From Zygophlyctis sp. KS116 (Eukaryota; Fungi; Chytridiomycota), in assembly GCA_054661495.1 (NCBI GenBank), contig BAAFSQ010000025.1, positions 32,916 to 64,915 of the forward strand: DNA of 32,000 nt. The letters run 5' to 3'. The translations under genes were made by a program, and so were the position numbers. Below the pieces are notes generated by a model. That model did no database searches, was not told the origin of the DNA, and worked only from the letters and a program-made list of their open reading frames with translations. Every line of letters begins with the position of its first letter. Within the stretch, counting starts at the first letter, position 1. Below are positions 1 through 10,230 of this stretch, piece by piece.

Positions 1-1
1 G

Positions 2-604
2 GGGATGTATACAAGAGTTTACAGGACTGTATTGAATAAATATGGATGGGTAGAATCATGTAATGCAGTTCATCATCCGTATTCTGACTCATCACTGTTT
101 GTTATAAAGATTGCTGTTCCTCCTTCTCCTGGTTCTCATCAACATGTAGTTGATGTAGTTTGTGATCAGCTAGTTGGAATGGTAGAACGCATTGATCCTG
201 AAGAATTATCAAGAGCAAAGAATCAATTAAAATCATCCTTATTGATGTCTCTAGAATCTAGATTAACTGAAGCTGAAGATATCGGAAGACAGATTTTAAC
301 ATTTAACAAGAGATTAGATGTAGTTGAAACTTGCAAAAGAATCGACAGTTTAACGACTGAAGATTTGAAGCGAGTTGCCCGTCGTGTTATTCTAGGATCA
401 AATGAAGAATCACCTCTTAATTTCAATGATCCTAGCAGTTCTCCATGGAAAAGAACAGGAAATGGAGAGGCGTCAGTTCTAGTTTGGGGAAATTTAGGAC
501 GGGGGGATTATCTTTATAAAATCAATGATCGAATGACTCAATGGGGAATCAAGACTCTCCCACCTCAATCTTGGATAGATAAACTTAAAAGATTAGTATT
601 TTAA
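2..604 (+). CDS. MAS2: Mitochondrial processing peptidase alpha subunit, 3' part (gene starts left of window)
   Basis: GMYTRVY...VLNKYGWVESC (end of the glycine-rich loop), ELSRAKNQLKSSLLMSLESR and EDIGRQIL are M16 peptidase alpha-MPP motifs. Confidence 0.93.
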   Translation, partial: GMYTRVYRTVLNKYGWVESCNAVHHPYSDSSLFVIKIAVPPSPGSHQHVVDVVCDQLVGMVERIDPEELSRAKNQLKSSLLMSLESRLTEAEDIGRQILTFNKRLDVVETCKRIDSLTTEDLKRVARRVILGSNEESPLNFNDPSSSPWKRTGNGEASVLVWGNLGRGDYLYKINDRMTQWGIKTLPPQSWIDKLKRLVF

Positions 605-691
605 TATATTGCTCTCTTTCGACCCACTAAAAAATCATTCTTTTTGTGGGAGATACAGAGAGACATTTATATATGAACTTCTAGCATAGAA

Positions 692-1607
692 TTAATCATT
701 GACAGATGTGATCATTGCCAAAAGAAATTCAGTTAATCGAGGGTCGTGTTCGAGGTGAAAAAAAAATAATCCAAATCTAAACCTACGACTCAAGATTTAC
801 GGATTGTATTAAAGGCCAACTTATCTAGCTCCATTCCGAAAAATCCAATCTTTGACTCGGAATGATTGCATTGTCCCATTGATTTGGTATTTTCTGCGGT
901 CGGAAATCTATTTAGAATTTCTGATTTCACGACATCATCCAACTCCATCCTATAATTTCACTAAAATCTATCATACCAACTCTGATCACTTTTAATAAAA
1001 TCCAAATAGTTTTTTTGTGATTGATTTTCACCATTACACGTTTTTAAATGATCAAAATAATCAATATGAGTAAAGTAAGATTTAATAGCAGTCATCCATT
1101 CACTTAATACAATACTCTTATTTTGGCAGAAATCTGCGATATCGAAAGTAGCTTGAAAAACAGATTTTGGAAAATCCGGACAAATCTATTGTGAATACTA
1201 CTGTTATTACTAATAGCATCCAGTTATGCAATTCATCTAGGCTAAAACATTCTTCAATAGACTTTTTCTCAGATTTAATGATCTTACATTTGTAAACAGA
1301 TTCTCATAATGTGAAATCAATGCTGTCCGATTACGCTTGTTTTTACAAATATAATCATATTCTCGAAGTAATACATGAGTATTTAAAGAAACGGCATCAA
1401 AACTAGATTTAGCAGTTTATGTCGTACTATTCGCTTAGAAACAGTAAAGGTTTATCATCCTTTTTGTTAAGTAATTAAATTAATACGTATTGGGCAGACA
1501 TTAATCTTGATAATGAATCATTTAGATAAAATTCAATATTATGTTTTCCTGGTTTTAATGCGATGGAAAATACTTAGATACAATTCATCCGCATCGCCGT
1601 CCATCAT
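692..1607 (-). CDS. CSTPP1/C11orf49 (UPF0705)-like centriolar satellite/tubulin polyglutamylase regulator; 8 exons, not in the ORF track
   Basis: Introns 1549-1573, 1460-1486, 1403-1427, 1262-1287, 1186-1210, 950-976 and ~777-800 give MMDGDADELYLRKHNIEFYLND...LFLSEYFDAVSLNTHVLLREYDYI...NRTALI...LICPDFP, resembling C11orf49 (EYFNSV.QGTHILFREF, LLCPDFP). The last exon is ambiguous (stop at 733 or 692). Confidence 0.75.
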
Positions 1608-1778
1608 ACGTAAGTAGAGCGCGTTAAAAGTTGGACGGTACTTGGGTACTTGATCGTATTACCGTTTGAGAATCGGTAGATGAGAAGGATAATTTAAAAT
1701 CTGAGATCTAGTAATAGTCGCATGCAATACTATCAAACCATGAGTATACTTGGATCGCAATGTTAGGCATGGGTTTTT

Positions 1779-3032
1779 ATGGCGTCTAAATTTGGTCAAA
1801 TCCCTGCTATTGAAAATTCAAATGAGCGATCTGCTGCTATATCTAGCATGGTTGCTCAAACGATTGGAAATGAAGAATACAAGGAAGTGATTGCTTGGGC
1901 TGTGCAGGAAGCACATGGATTGACATTTTCAAGATTGGTTGTGAATGAATTTCTTGATCAGGTTAATAAGCTTACAGAGGATGTTAAATATGATATGCTG
2001 CTTTTTTCTCTTAATATATGTAGTCAGAGAACTACAGCATTTGAAGAACAGGTAGCTGGTTTATACTTATCTTAGATTTCTGTCATTAGGGAGCAATTGG
2101 CTGATATCGCACAGAATAGAGGGGAATATACTCTCTCTGCAAATTATCTCATAGGAATTCCTCTTGACTCTGGTCATCGTAGTATATCAAACAATACTAA
2201 ATTATCCTATTATGTTCGAATATCTAGGTTATTCTTGGAAGATGAGGATTTTGTTGGTGCTGAATCCTATATTAATAGAGCGGGATTCTTGTTGGATAAT
2301 TCTGTTGAAAAAGTATTACAATTACAGTTTAAGGCTGCACAAGCTCGAATTTTAGATATGAAGAGACAGTTCTTGCCAGCAGCTACTAAATACTATGAGT
2401 TATCTTTGGATCAAGAAATGCATGAATCTGAAAGAAATTCTGCTTTGAAATCTGCAATCACTTGCTGTATATTGGCTGGTGCAGGGTATTTAAGAATTTG
2501 ATAATATTATAGGCCTCTTCGCTCTAGAATGTTAAATACTCTTTATAAAGACGAACGGCTACATAGCAAAAATATAGATACTTCATACAATGAGTTTAGA
2601 GAAAAAGGCCTGTATTTTATTCTCGAGCAAATGTATTATGGAGGAATCTTAAAAAAAGATCAAGTTGCAGAGTTTCAAGAGAGTCTATTATCACATCAAT
2701 TGGCCAAGTTGGCTGATGGATCTACGGTCTTTGATAGGGCTATCATGGAACATAATTTACTTTCAGTATCCAAGCTATTTTCAAATATTACATTTCAGTT
2801 ATTGGGTTATTTACTTTCCGTTTCTCCATCACAAGCTGAACAGATTGCAGCAAGTATGATTGAAGAAGGGAGAATGTCTGGAACATTAGATCAAGTTGAA
2901 TCTTTAATACATTTTAGCCAGGAAAATCCCATGGAGGAATGGAACAAGTCAATCACGCAAATGTACAGTCAGTTAGATGAAATAGTATCTAAAGTAGCCA
3001 AAAAACACCCAGAATGGATAGGAAGTTTATGA
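1779..3032 (+). CDS. CSN4: COP9 signalosome subunit 4
   Basis: Introns 2052-2075 (24 nt) and 2486-2512 (27 nt) join three ORFs: FEEQISVIREQLAD, GIPLDSGHR, AESYINRA, LAGAGPLRSRML, DRAIMEHNLLS, C-terminal PCI domain. Confidence 0.95.
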
Positions 3033-3106
3033 CTGTAGAAAATTCAATAGAGTTGATAAGGATATACAATATTCCGTGTATTAAACATTCAGTTATAGAC
3101 AGATTC

Positions 3107-5161
3107 CTAAACTTCAAATATATGATCAAAGTTTAGGATTATAGACTCTATAACGCGAATCATATAGTTCAGGTCGTTTGGATAGGATCCACCGCCATTC
3201 TCTGGAGAACTGAACAGAGAATTTGCCCATACAATCGATAAATTGAGAGCCGTCATTCGTGTATCCATTTGATGCGTCTGAATACTATAATAAGCATGAG
3301 AAAATTACAGATTCAAGTGCTTCATTAGATCGCGCAATGTTGCATAATGCGCATCATGAAGACGATTAACCAATTCGTGAATCGCAATCAATCGTCTTTT
3401 AGGATCCTCCATACCTAGAAATTCAGCAAATCAATAGAGCTTACGTCCAGCATCCATAAATGAATGGTACATTGCCTTTGGAAATAACGAATCAGGTAAT
3501 TCTGCAAAAAATGTTTTCAAAACTAGTGTCACGTCATATATATTCCAGCTTCCTTGATCTAATACGACCGAATCTATATCTAAGACCTTATTAAAATGCG
3601 AAAATACCCTTGTTAAAAGCATCTCGGATTCTTTGAGAGTTTTTCCATGATCCAGGCTCGCGATAAAGACCATGTGTTTTTAATCCTTTGTCTTCAATAT
3701 GTTCAATACACTTTTTAACAACTTTCGGGACAGGTTCTTCTTCTCTTTCCATCAATTGAACGAGGTTCACTGCAAAATTACATTGAACAGTCCCATCAGG
3801 AAGAGGGAGCTGCATTGGAGATTCTGAAAGATTTAGAGAAAGATTGGCCATATAAGCCACCATAAATTCTTGAAAATCAGCAGAATTATCAATAGAGTCA
3901 ATAGCTTGATTGATACCACAATTCTCTTAAAATTAAGCGCTAAAATATATATACCCGTATTTTCAGGATCCACATCCACTGGACTGACTGCTGTAGCTTC
4001 CATCATTAACATTTCTTCAACAGTTCTAGAGTATGTGAACAAATGTCCTTTTAAAGACTCATCACATTGATCATTAGCTTCTTTTAGCAACTAAAATTTA
4101 ATTTTCAAGCCTTTGATTACCCGAACGAATCTTGGAAGATTTCGATGATAATAATTGTTTCTCATCTCCTGCGTAGCCCTCAATTGATTTTGATAAGCCT
4201 GGACAGAGACTGAAACTTTTCCTCTTGCTTCTTCCTCATATTTTTGCATCTAACTATTAGAATACTTGAAAAAATTATACCTTTGAGGCCGACGCATGAC
4301 TACTCTTCAAAAGAGATAATGGCATAGAAAGAGATCGAGTTATATTATTCATTGGTTTAGGAGGATACAAAGTCTTATTTTGACCATCTCTAGCAATAAT
4401 TGTTCGTTCCCATTCTTCTGAATACATTTCATATTTGTTTTTAGACTATGATTAAACAAAATATTCATACTTTAGTCAATGCATGCTCCGTTTCCTGTAA
4501 GAGTTTTGCATGTTGGTATCCCGCAGATTTTAACTAGATTGATTAGTCCTAAAGATCAACTTACTTGTTTACGTGATCGTTCCGTATCCTTAAATAATCC
4601 ACTTAATCCATCTCCCAACTCAGAAACTTTAAGCGCCAACTTCATATGAACAGAGGCAATCTTCTCATGCAGAGATAAAAACTGTTGCCAGTTATTGCCA
4701 AAAGTACTACTGATTAAACGCGACATCTACCCCTTCTTGCCTCCTTCTTTTGCCGAACTTTGTACCAACTTTATCATAGATTTAGAGTATTCTTCTTCAA
4801 TCGCAGCTCTTTTCTTTAAGAAGGATGCAGCCTCCTTTAAATTTATTAAATCTAAAAATTACCTTGCTTGAATTAATATTCTCTTTGAGTCGTTCCAAGA
4901 GCAAATGAAATCCATCCTATTGATTAGAGCGCGCCGACTAAATTACTTGAAATTGACAGAGTGCAGATAGAGTAGAATCGGTGACTCCAGGCTCATCGTC
5001 TTTGGCGAAATCACCCTCTTCGGACGGTGGAGTTCCTGGCCGAGAAGCTTTGCATTAATCAGCCTAAACATACTAAACTTGTTTAAATATTCATTGGAAT
5101 CAGACAGCTCAGTTTTGGCCTTTGAAAAGAATGAGGCCTTGTCTTCTTTACTGGTGAGCAT
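3107..5161 (-). CDS. F-BAR + RhoGAP protein (Rgd1/Rga7-like), 13 exons
   Basis: 12 introns of 24-31 nt (5048-5073, 4917-4946, 4835-4862, 4707-4730, 4534-4564, 4446-4470, 4250-4280, 4091-4120, 3926-3954, 3580-3607, 3415-3444, 3285-3308). F-BAR: DGFHLLLERLKENINSSKEAASFLKKRAAIEEEYSK. RhoGAP: VPKVVKKCIEHIEDKGLKTHGLYREPG, LKTFFAELPDSLF, NLSIVW. Confidence 0.92.
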
Positions 5162-5184
5162 TTATTTTATACCCGTTAATTCTC

Positions 5185-6350
5185 CTATACTTTCTTTAGA
5201 AAAGCCGACTTATTTGTAATCATCCAAGAGTCCAACTTTTGCCAAAAATTAAAATATACTGTAGCATCAAGATATCTCTTTGTTCTATTTATCTAAATAT
5301 ATTATTCTAAAAAGATTTACATTTAATTGATCTACTTTCCAACTTTGAATTGTTGATTTTGCAGGTTCATCTGTAAACTTTAATGAAAATCCACAAACTA
5401 AGCAATAATTAAAATGACTATTACCACTATTAAAAATTTCAACAGGTTGCTTCCATTTCCATCCTTTAAATTGCCATTCTTGTCCTAGAGCAAACACGGC
5501 AACAATTCTATCCCTAAAAATTAATTAAATCTCTTCATATTTACCAGTCCGCAGGTTTCAATTTATCAACAGAATCAATCACTTGATATTTTACTGGTAA
5601 ATTTGGACTTATTTTTGACCCATCCCTTTCAATATATACTGAAACTGGTTTATCTATCCCTTGACTCCTATAACTCTCTCCTGGTATATATTTTTGAAAT
5701 TGCAACAAATCTTTTACATTATACATGGTGATCAAAGATTGTACTGCTGATGGTATAACAATCAATGGAACAAATTCCATCTTTTGTGAAACTTTTTGCG
5801 CAGGATTATTTAAACTACTCTTTTCCTTCTTTTTTAACGCCATTAAACTTGACACTGTCTCCCTTATTCCACTAAATCCTCTTCCAGATTTAGAGAGTAA
5901 TATACTAGTTGAATTTCTTAGAGTTCGTTCTCTAGATCTAACAAACAATGTAAATTTCTTATTCTTGACGTTTGTTAAATACTTATTTTTCCTTGATTCT
6001 TCCTTGACTAGAGTAGATCCCGCAAGAGCAGAAGTTGCGCCAGATAAATAATCCAAAATTCCCTTTCTATCGAGCATTGATATTGGATCTAATGCAACGG
6101 CAGTCGTTGGAGCCACTTCCAAGACTGACGAAAGATATGTTTGATGATCCAGAGACTTTGACAGATAGAAATAAACAATCGTATTAATGCTGTAATTCTT
6201 ATATCCAGACGGCTCTGCAAGACTAAACTTGACGTCTTGTATTTCAACTTGGGTTGCATTCTCAACTTTAACATCTTGGCCATCGTCATCAAAAAAAGTT
6301 AAATCTTGTCCATTAAGACTGGCTGATCGAAGACTCTCAAGAATTGACAT
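5185..6350 (-). CDS. CDC73: PAF1 complex subunit Cdc73/parafibromin
   Basis: [54 protein letters not shown]...NFWQKLDSWM. Introns 5514-5544, 5398-5424 and 5293-5320. Confidence 0.94.
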
Positions 6351-6384
6351 TTAAAGGGTTTTTTAAAACAATTTCCTAGACTTT

Positions 6385-8412
6385 TCAGATCTGATATGCT
6401 TGCATCAACTCTGTTAATTCTCCACATGCTTTAGAGTAATCAATCAGAGTTGCAGTATTAATGCTACATCGAACCTTGGTTTCTTCATTGTAATTTTCAC
6501 TCTTGATACGAACTCTGAAATCATACATGGTAAAGTTTCTGGTGGCTATATAAGCTGTAAAGGCTGTTGAATCAGAATTCTTTAATTCTAGTAATTCATT
6601 TGCAGGCATTCCCAATATTTGCATTCCAACTTCATTAAAAGCTTGAAGCCAAGTTTGTCCAGAATGATCAGAGACTGTTAGAGATAGAATATAACGATGA
6701 TCTGGTTCCGGATAAGAACGGTCACATTTTTCACATCGCCAGCCAGTACCAGATTCAAATACCTTTTTATTACATCCTTCTGTTGGGCAGGCAGGGTATG
6801 ACATGTTTTCTTGTCTAATAAACGTAATTGTACAACGAAGAGTTAAATAGTCTGGCTAAAATAAGTTCATTATATATTTACCTTTTCTCCCTGTCCAAGG
6901 TGATCATCCTTGATGGCAGATATAGGTCTAAATAAGTCTTTAGTTCCTGGAATTCCAGGTATTCCTGGACCTCCAGAATTAAAACCAGCAAAGCTCATAT
7001 TGTTTCCAGTTAAATCATACCATCCTCTTAATTGATGTGCTTCAGGCAAATCTGGATTAAGAGTCATGGAAGAGGAATTCATCATGGATAAGGAACGGCC
7101 TTATAATAAAAATAACAGATTTACCCCCATAATCGCCAACCTTTACTCCTTTAAACGCTACAACGGGCGCATCATAGTGCTCAAATGATTCTGCAGTACG
7201 ACCCCAAAGAGTTAATTTGACTTGATAGCCAGTAGAGTCAACGAGAGTTAATTCTCTCTTTTTCAACTATAAATTAAAAAATTCTAAACTCACAGGTTTT
7301 TGCGTATTTTTAGAGATTAAATCAGATAAAGATCCAGTTTCTCTAACAATTGCAATTATATCTAAAAATAAATCAAATTGTTTTACCAACATTAGTATCT
7401 TTATCTACAGACATCAAGTTTGCAATCAGAACTGGTTCATATTTAATTCCAGGAACACTAGTATCTGCACACTATTTTTAATTAAATTCCAATTACAGCA
7501 ATAATACTTGTATCTGGATCAAATGTTATTTCATAATCATTCTTGACATTAGAATACTGCTTATTAGCAGCTTTAATTTGCGCTTTTGAAATTAGATATA
7601 CCTAATTTCTTAATTTTAACTCAAAAATACAGAATTTTCAACCAACTTTTCATAGTGTGCATCTACAGCTTCATTAAAACCAGTAGCTCTTATTTCTCCC
7701 TAATATTAATCTTAATTAAAAAAGTACACTAGCATCAGCAAAAGTCACACTAAACAATTTCCCATCACCTCTAGTATTACTCCACTTTCTAATTTCAGAC
7801 TTGTTTATAACTCTAGCACAAATCGTCCATTTATTTTGATAAGGACTTAGACCGCATATCGGTATAGTATTTGCATTTCCTGTACTTTCATTCTTGGTTA
7901 CATTCGCAAACTCCTTTTTAGGGGCATTAAATCCAGGATTACTATTCAAATTATTAGTTTTTGGAAAAGCTGTTGGTTTGACATCTTCCATTGCATTTTT
8001 TGAAGCTTCGGCAATATCAACCGGTTCCCCAAGTCTTCCAATTTCCTGTCCTAAAATCTCCAAATCAACAATAATCATGATTCTAATAATAAATAGAGCT
8101 GTACTACCTTATCTGATTACCGTTTGAATTTACAACATTCACCATATACCGCTTCAACTTGAGAACAGAGTACCGAGTGAGCGCATTACTAGTAACAAAT
8201 GTATTTAGTTGAGACGATAACATGGCAGACATATAATGTGAGCCATCAGACACAACAAGTTTAAAACGATCAGCACCGCCGTTTGTACTTGACTGCAAGT
8301 GTTTTAAGTGAATTACTTGTAGTATAATTTCAGGCAATACAGTAGACTCTGGAGGACTTCCTGCCTTTGCATAAGCATTCTTTATTCCATCTGTAGTTAA
8401 TGTCGCAGTCAT
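6385..8412 (-). CDS. RFA1: Replication protein A 70 kDa subunit, 9 exons
   Basis: OB-fold motifs [48 protein letters not shown] and Zn finger [13 protein letters not shown]...WRCEKC. Eight introns of 25-29 nt. Confidence 0.96.
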
Positions 8413-8453
8413 TAAAATTTGGGCTGAAATTTCTTTATTAATTAAAAGGCAAT

Positions 8454-9431
8454 TTAATGTTTTGTTAATAATGCAAGCGGTACATCTTCTTCAGATCTTT
8501 CAATCTTTTTAGATCTTCCAGGAGCTCTTTTAGAATTCTCTGATTTGTTTTTAATTGAATCAGTCTGAAATTCTACTAAATTAACTCCTTTTTTAACTAG
8601 AAATTCTTTTGCTTTTCTTGAATCTCCCTTTTTCTTTACAAAATTCCTTGATAATTTCTTCCTAATATTCTTTGGCCTTGACAGAGTGACATCATTGTTT
8701 GTATTTACTATTGAAATAATGAAATTTGTGATTAATATTTTTTGTAACAGAGGTTTTTTCTCTGATAATTTCTTGTATGAAGCTTTATAAATAGACTTGA
8801 TATTGATAATTTCATTTTTGATTTTTAATGCAGCACATGAATTTTCATCAAATTCATCTTGAGATTCTTGTAATGTTTCTATAGAGTCTAATGATTCCTG
8901 AACTTTTAATAATTCTTTTTGAGTTTCTACAAATGTGTTTTTTGAGTCTTTTTCTTGTTCCTTTATATAACTTTCTAGAGACTTATCTAGAGACTTATCT
9001 AGTATTCCTCTTGATTTGATATTAGAAAACTTGAAAAATCCAGTAAATACATTTATAGCCTTTTTTAAAGACTTTGATAGAGGTTTCTTTGGTAAAAAAC
9101 TTTCAAAGGCATGAGACTTGAGAGGTTGTACAATCAGTTCCTTTATAGATTGTTTATCATTTAGAGGTTTAAAATCCCTTAAAGAGTCCTGAAAAGAGAG
9201 TCTACTAGACTTTTCAGTTCTCTTACTAGTTTCTAATCTCTTTGGAATTGGATGTGTTTCTGGAGGCTCTGTTTGTGAGAATTGTTCTAATAGAAAAGAC
9301 TTTAGTGCATTTGTACTTAATGATTCATTGTCTGGAAAAGAAAAGGAGACAAGATCAAAGTCTTGCTCTAAATAGACAGAAAAGTTTTCTACTAAATTAT
9401 CATTAGAATTCATCTTGTCCAGTTGAATCAT
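8454..9431 (-). CDS. Hypothetical Lys/Ser/Glu-rich protein (325 aa)
   Basis: Single long ORF in AT-rich DNA that fills the gap exactly. Central coiled-coil-like segment and C-terminal EEDVPLALL. No family recognised. Confidence 0.7.
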   Translation of the reverse strand: MIQLDKMNSNDNLVENFSVYLEQDFDLVSFSFPDNESLSTNALKSFLLEQFSQTEPPETHPIPKRLETSKRTEKSSRLSFQDSLRDFKPLNDKQSIKELIVQPLKSHAFESFLPKKPLSKSLKKAINVFTGFFKFSNIKSRGILDKSLDKSLESYIKEQEKDSKNTFVETQKELLKVQESLDSIETLQESQDEFDENSCAALKIKNEIINIKSIYKASYKKLSEKKPLLQKILITNFIISIVNTNNDVTLSRPKNIRKKLSRNFVKKKGDSRKAKEFLVKKGVNLVEFQTDSIKNKSENSKRAPGRSKKIERSEEDVPLALLTKH

Positions 9432-9507
9432 GAGCTATTTTTAGAATTTGTGCTTTTTGCTCAAGTTCTTTCACACGCCGCCGTTCAAACCAACGCCTCC
9501 TGCCCTC

Positions 9508-9582
9508 GGACACCTACGGGACACCTACGCAAAGGCTTGCTAAACCATGGGTAGGCTGTACGGTCAGGCTGTACGGTCAGGC
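9508..9582. repeat. Two short tandem duplications in a GC-rich divergent promoter
   Basis: GGACACCTACG x2 (9508-9529) and AGGCTGTACGGTC x2.3 (9553-9582). Confidence 0.85.
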
Positions 9583-9627
9583 GTCCGGACAAGGATCCCC
9601 AGTGGCTTGACTTAAAAAAAAGAAAAA

Positions 9628-10194
9628 ATGAAACATATCCTGCAAGAAAGAGATATATCCATCCCAGAAGGTGTGACTCTCAAGATAAAGGCTAGATCAG
9701 TCTATGTCAAAGGTCCAAGAGGAGAACTCACAAAATCTCTAAAACATACAGATTTGGACATTCAACGAATCTCTGAATCTAAATTGAAAGTAAAGGTATG
9801 GCATGGATCTAGAAAACATATCGCTTGTATTAGAACTTGTTGTGCTCACATTGAGAATATGATCAAGGGAGTCACAAAGGGGTTTGAATACAAGATGAGA
9901 TTGGCCTATGCACATTTTCCAATTAATGCTGTGGCCGTCAATGATGGAAAAATGATTGAAATTAGAAATTTCTTGGGTGAAAAAATCACTCGTAGAGTAC
10001 CAATGTTGGATGGTGTAAAAGTTTCAATCTCTGAATCTCAAAAGGATGAATTGGTCTTGATTGGAAATGATTTACAAAATGTTTCACAATCTGCTGCTTC
10101 TATTCAACAATCTGTTCTCGTAAAAAATAAGGATATCAGAAAATTCTTGGATGGAATCTATGTCTCGGAGAAAGGTCTTTTGGTTAAAGAATAA
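9628..10194 (+). CDS. RPL9: 60S ribosomal protein L9 (uL6), intronless
   Basis: VKGPRGEL, NMIKGVTKGFEYKMR..YAHFPIN, IEIRNFLGEK, KNKDIRKFLDGIYVSEKG. Confidence 0.98.
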   Translation: MKHILQERDISIPEGVTLKIKARSVYVKGPRGELTKSLKHTDLDIQRISESKLKVKVWHGSRKHIACIRTCCAHIENMIKGVTKGFEYKMRLAYAHFPINAVAVNDGKMIEIRNFLGEKITRRVPMLDGVKVSISESQKDELVLIGNDLQNVSQSAASIQQSVLVKNKDIRKFLDGIYVSEKGLLVKE

Positions 10195-10230
10195 ATTCTC
10201 TTATTATTTGAACAGTAGAATAACTCGGCT

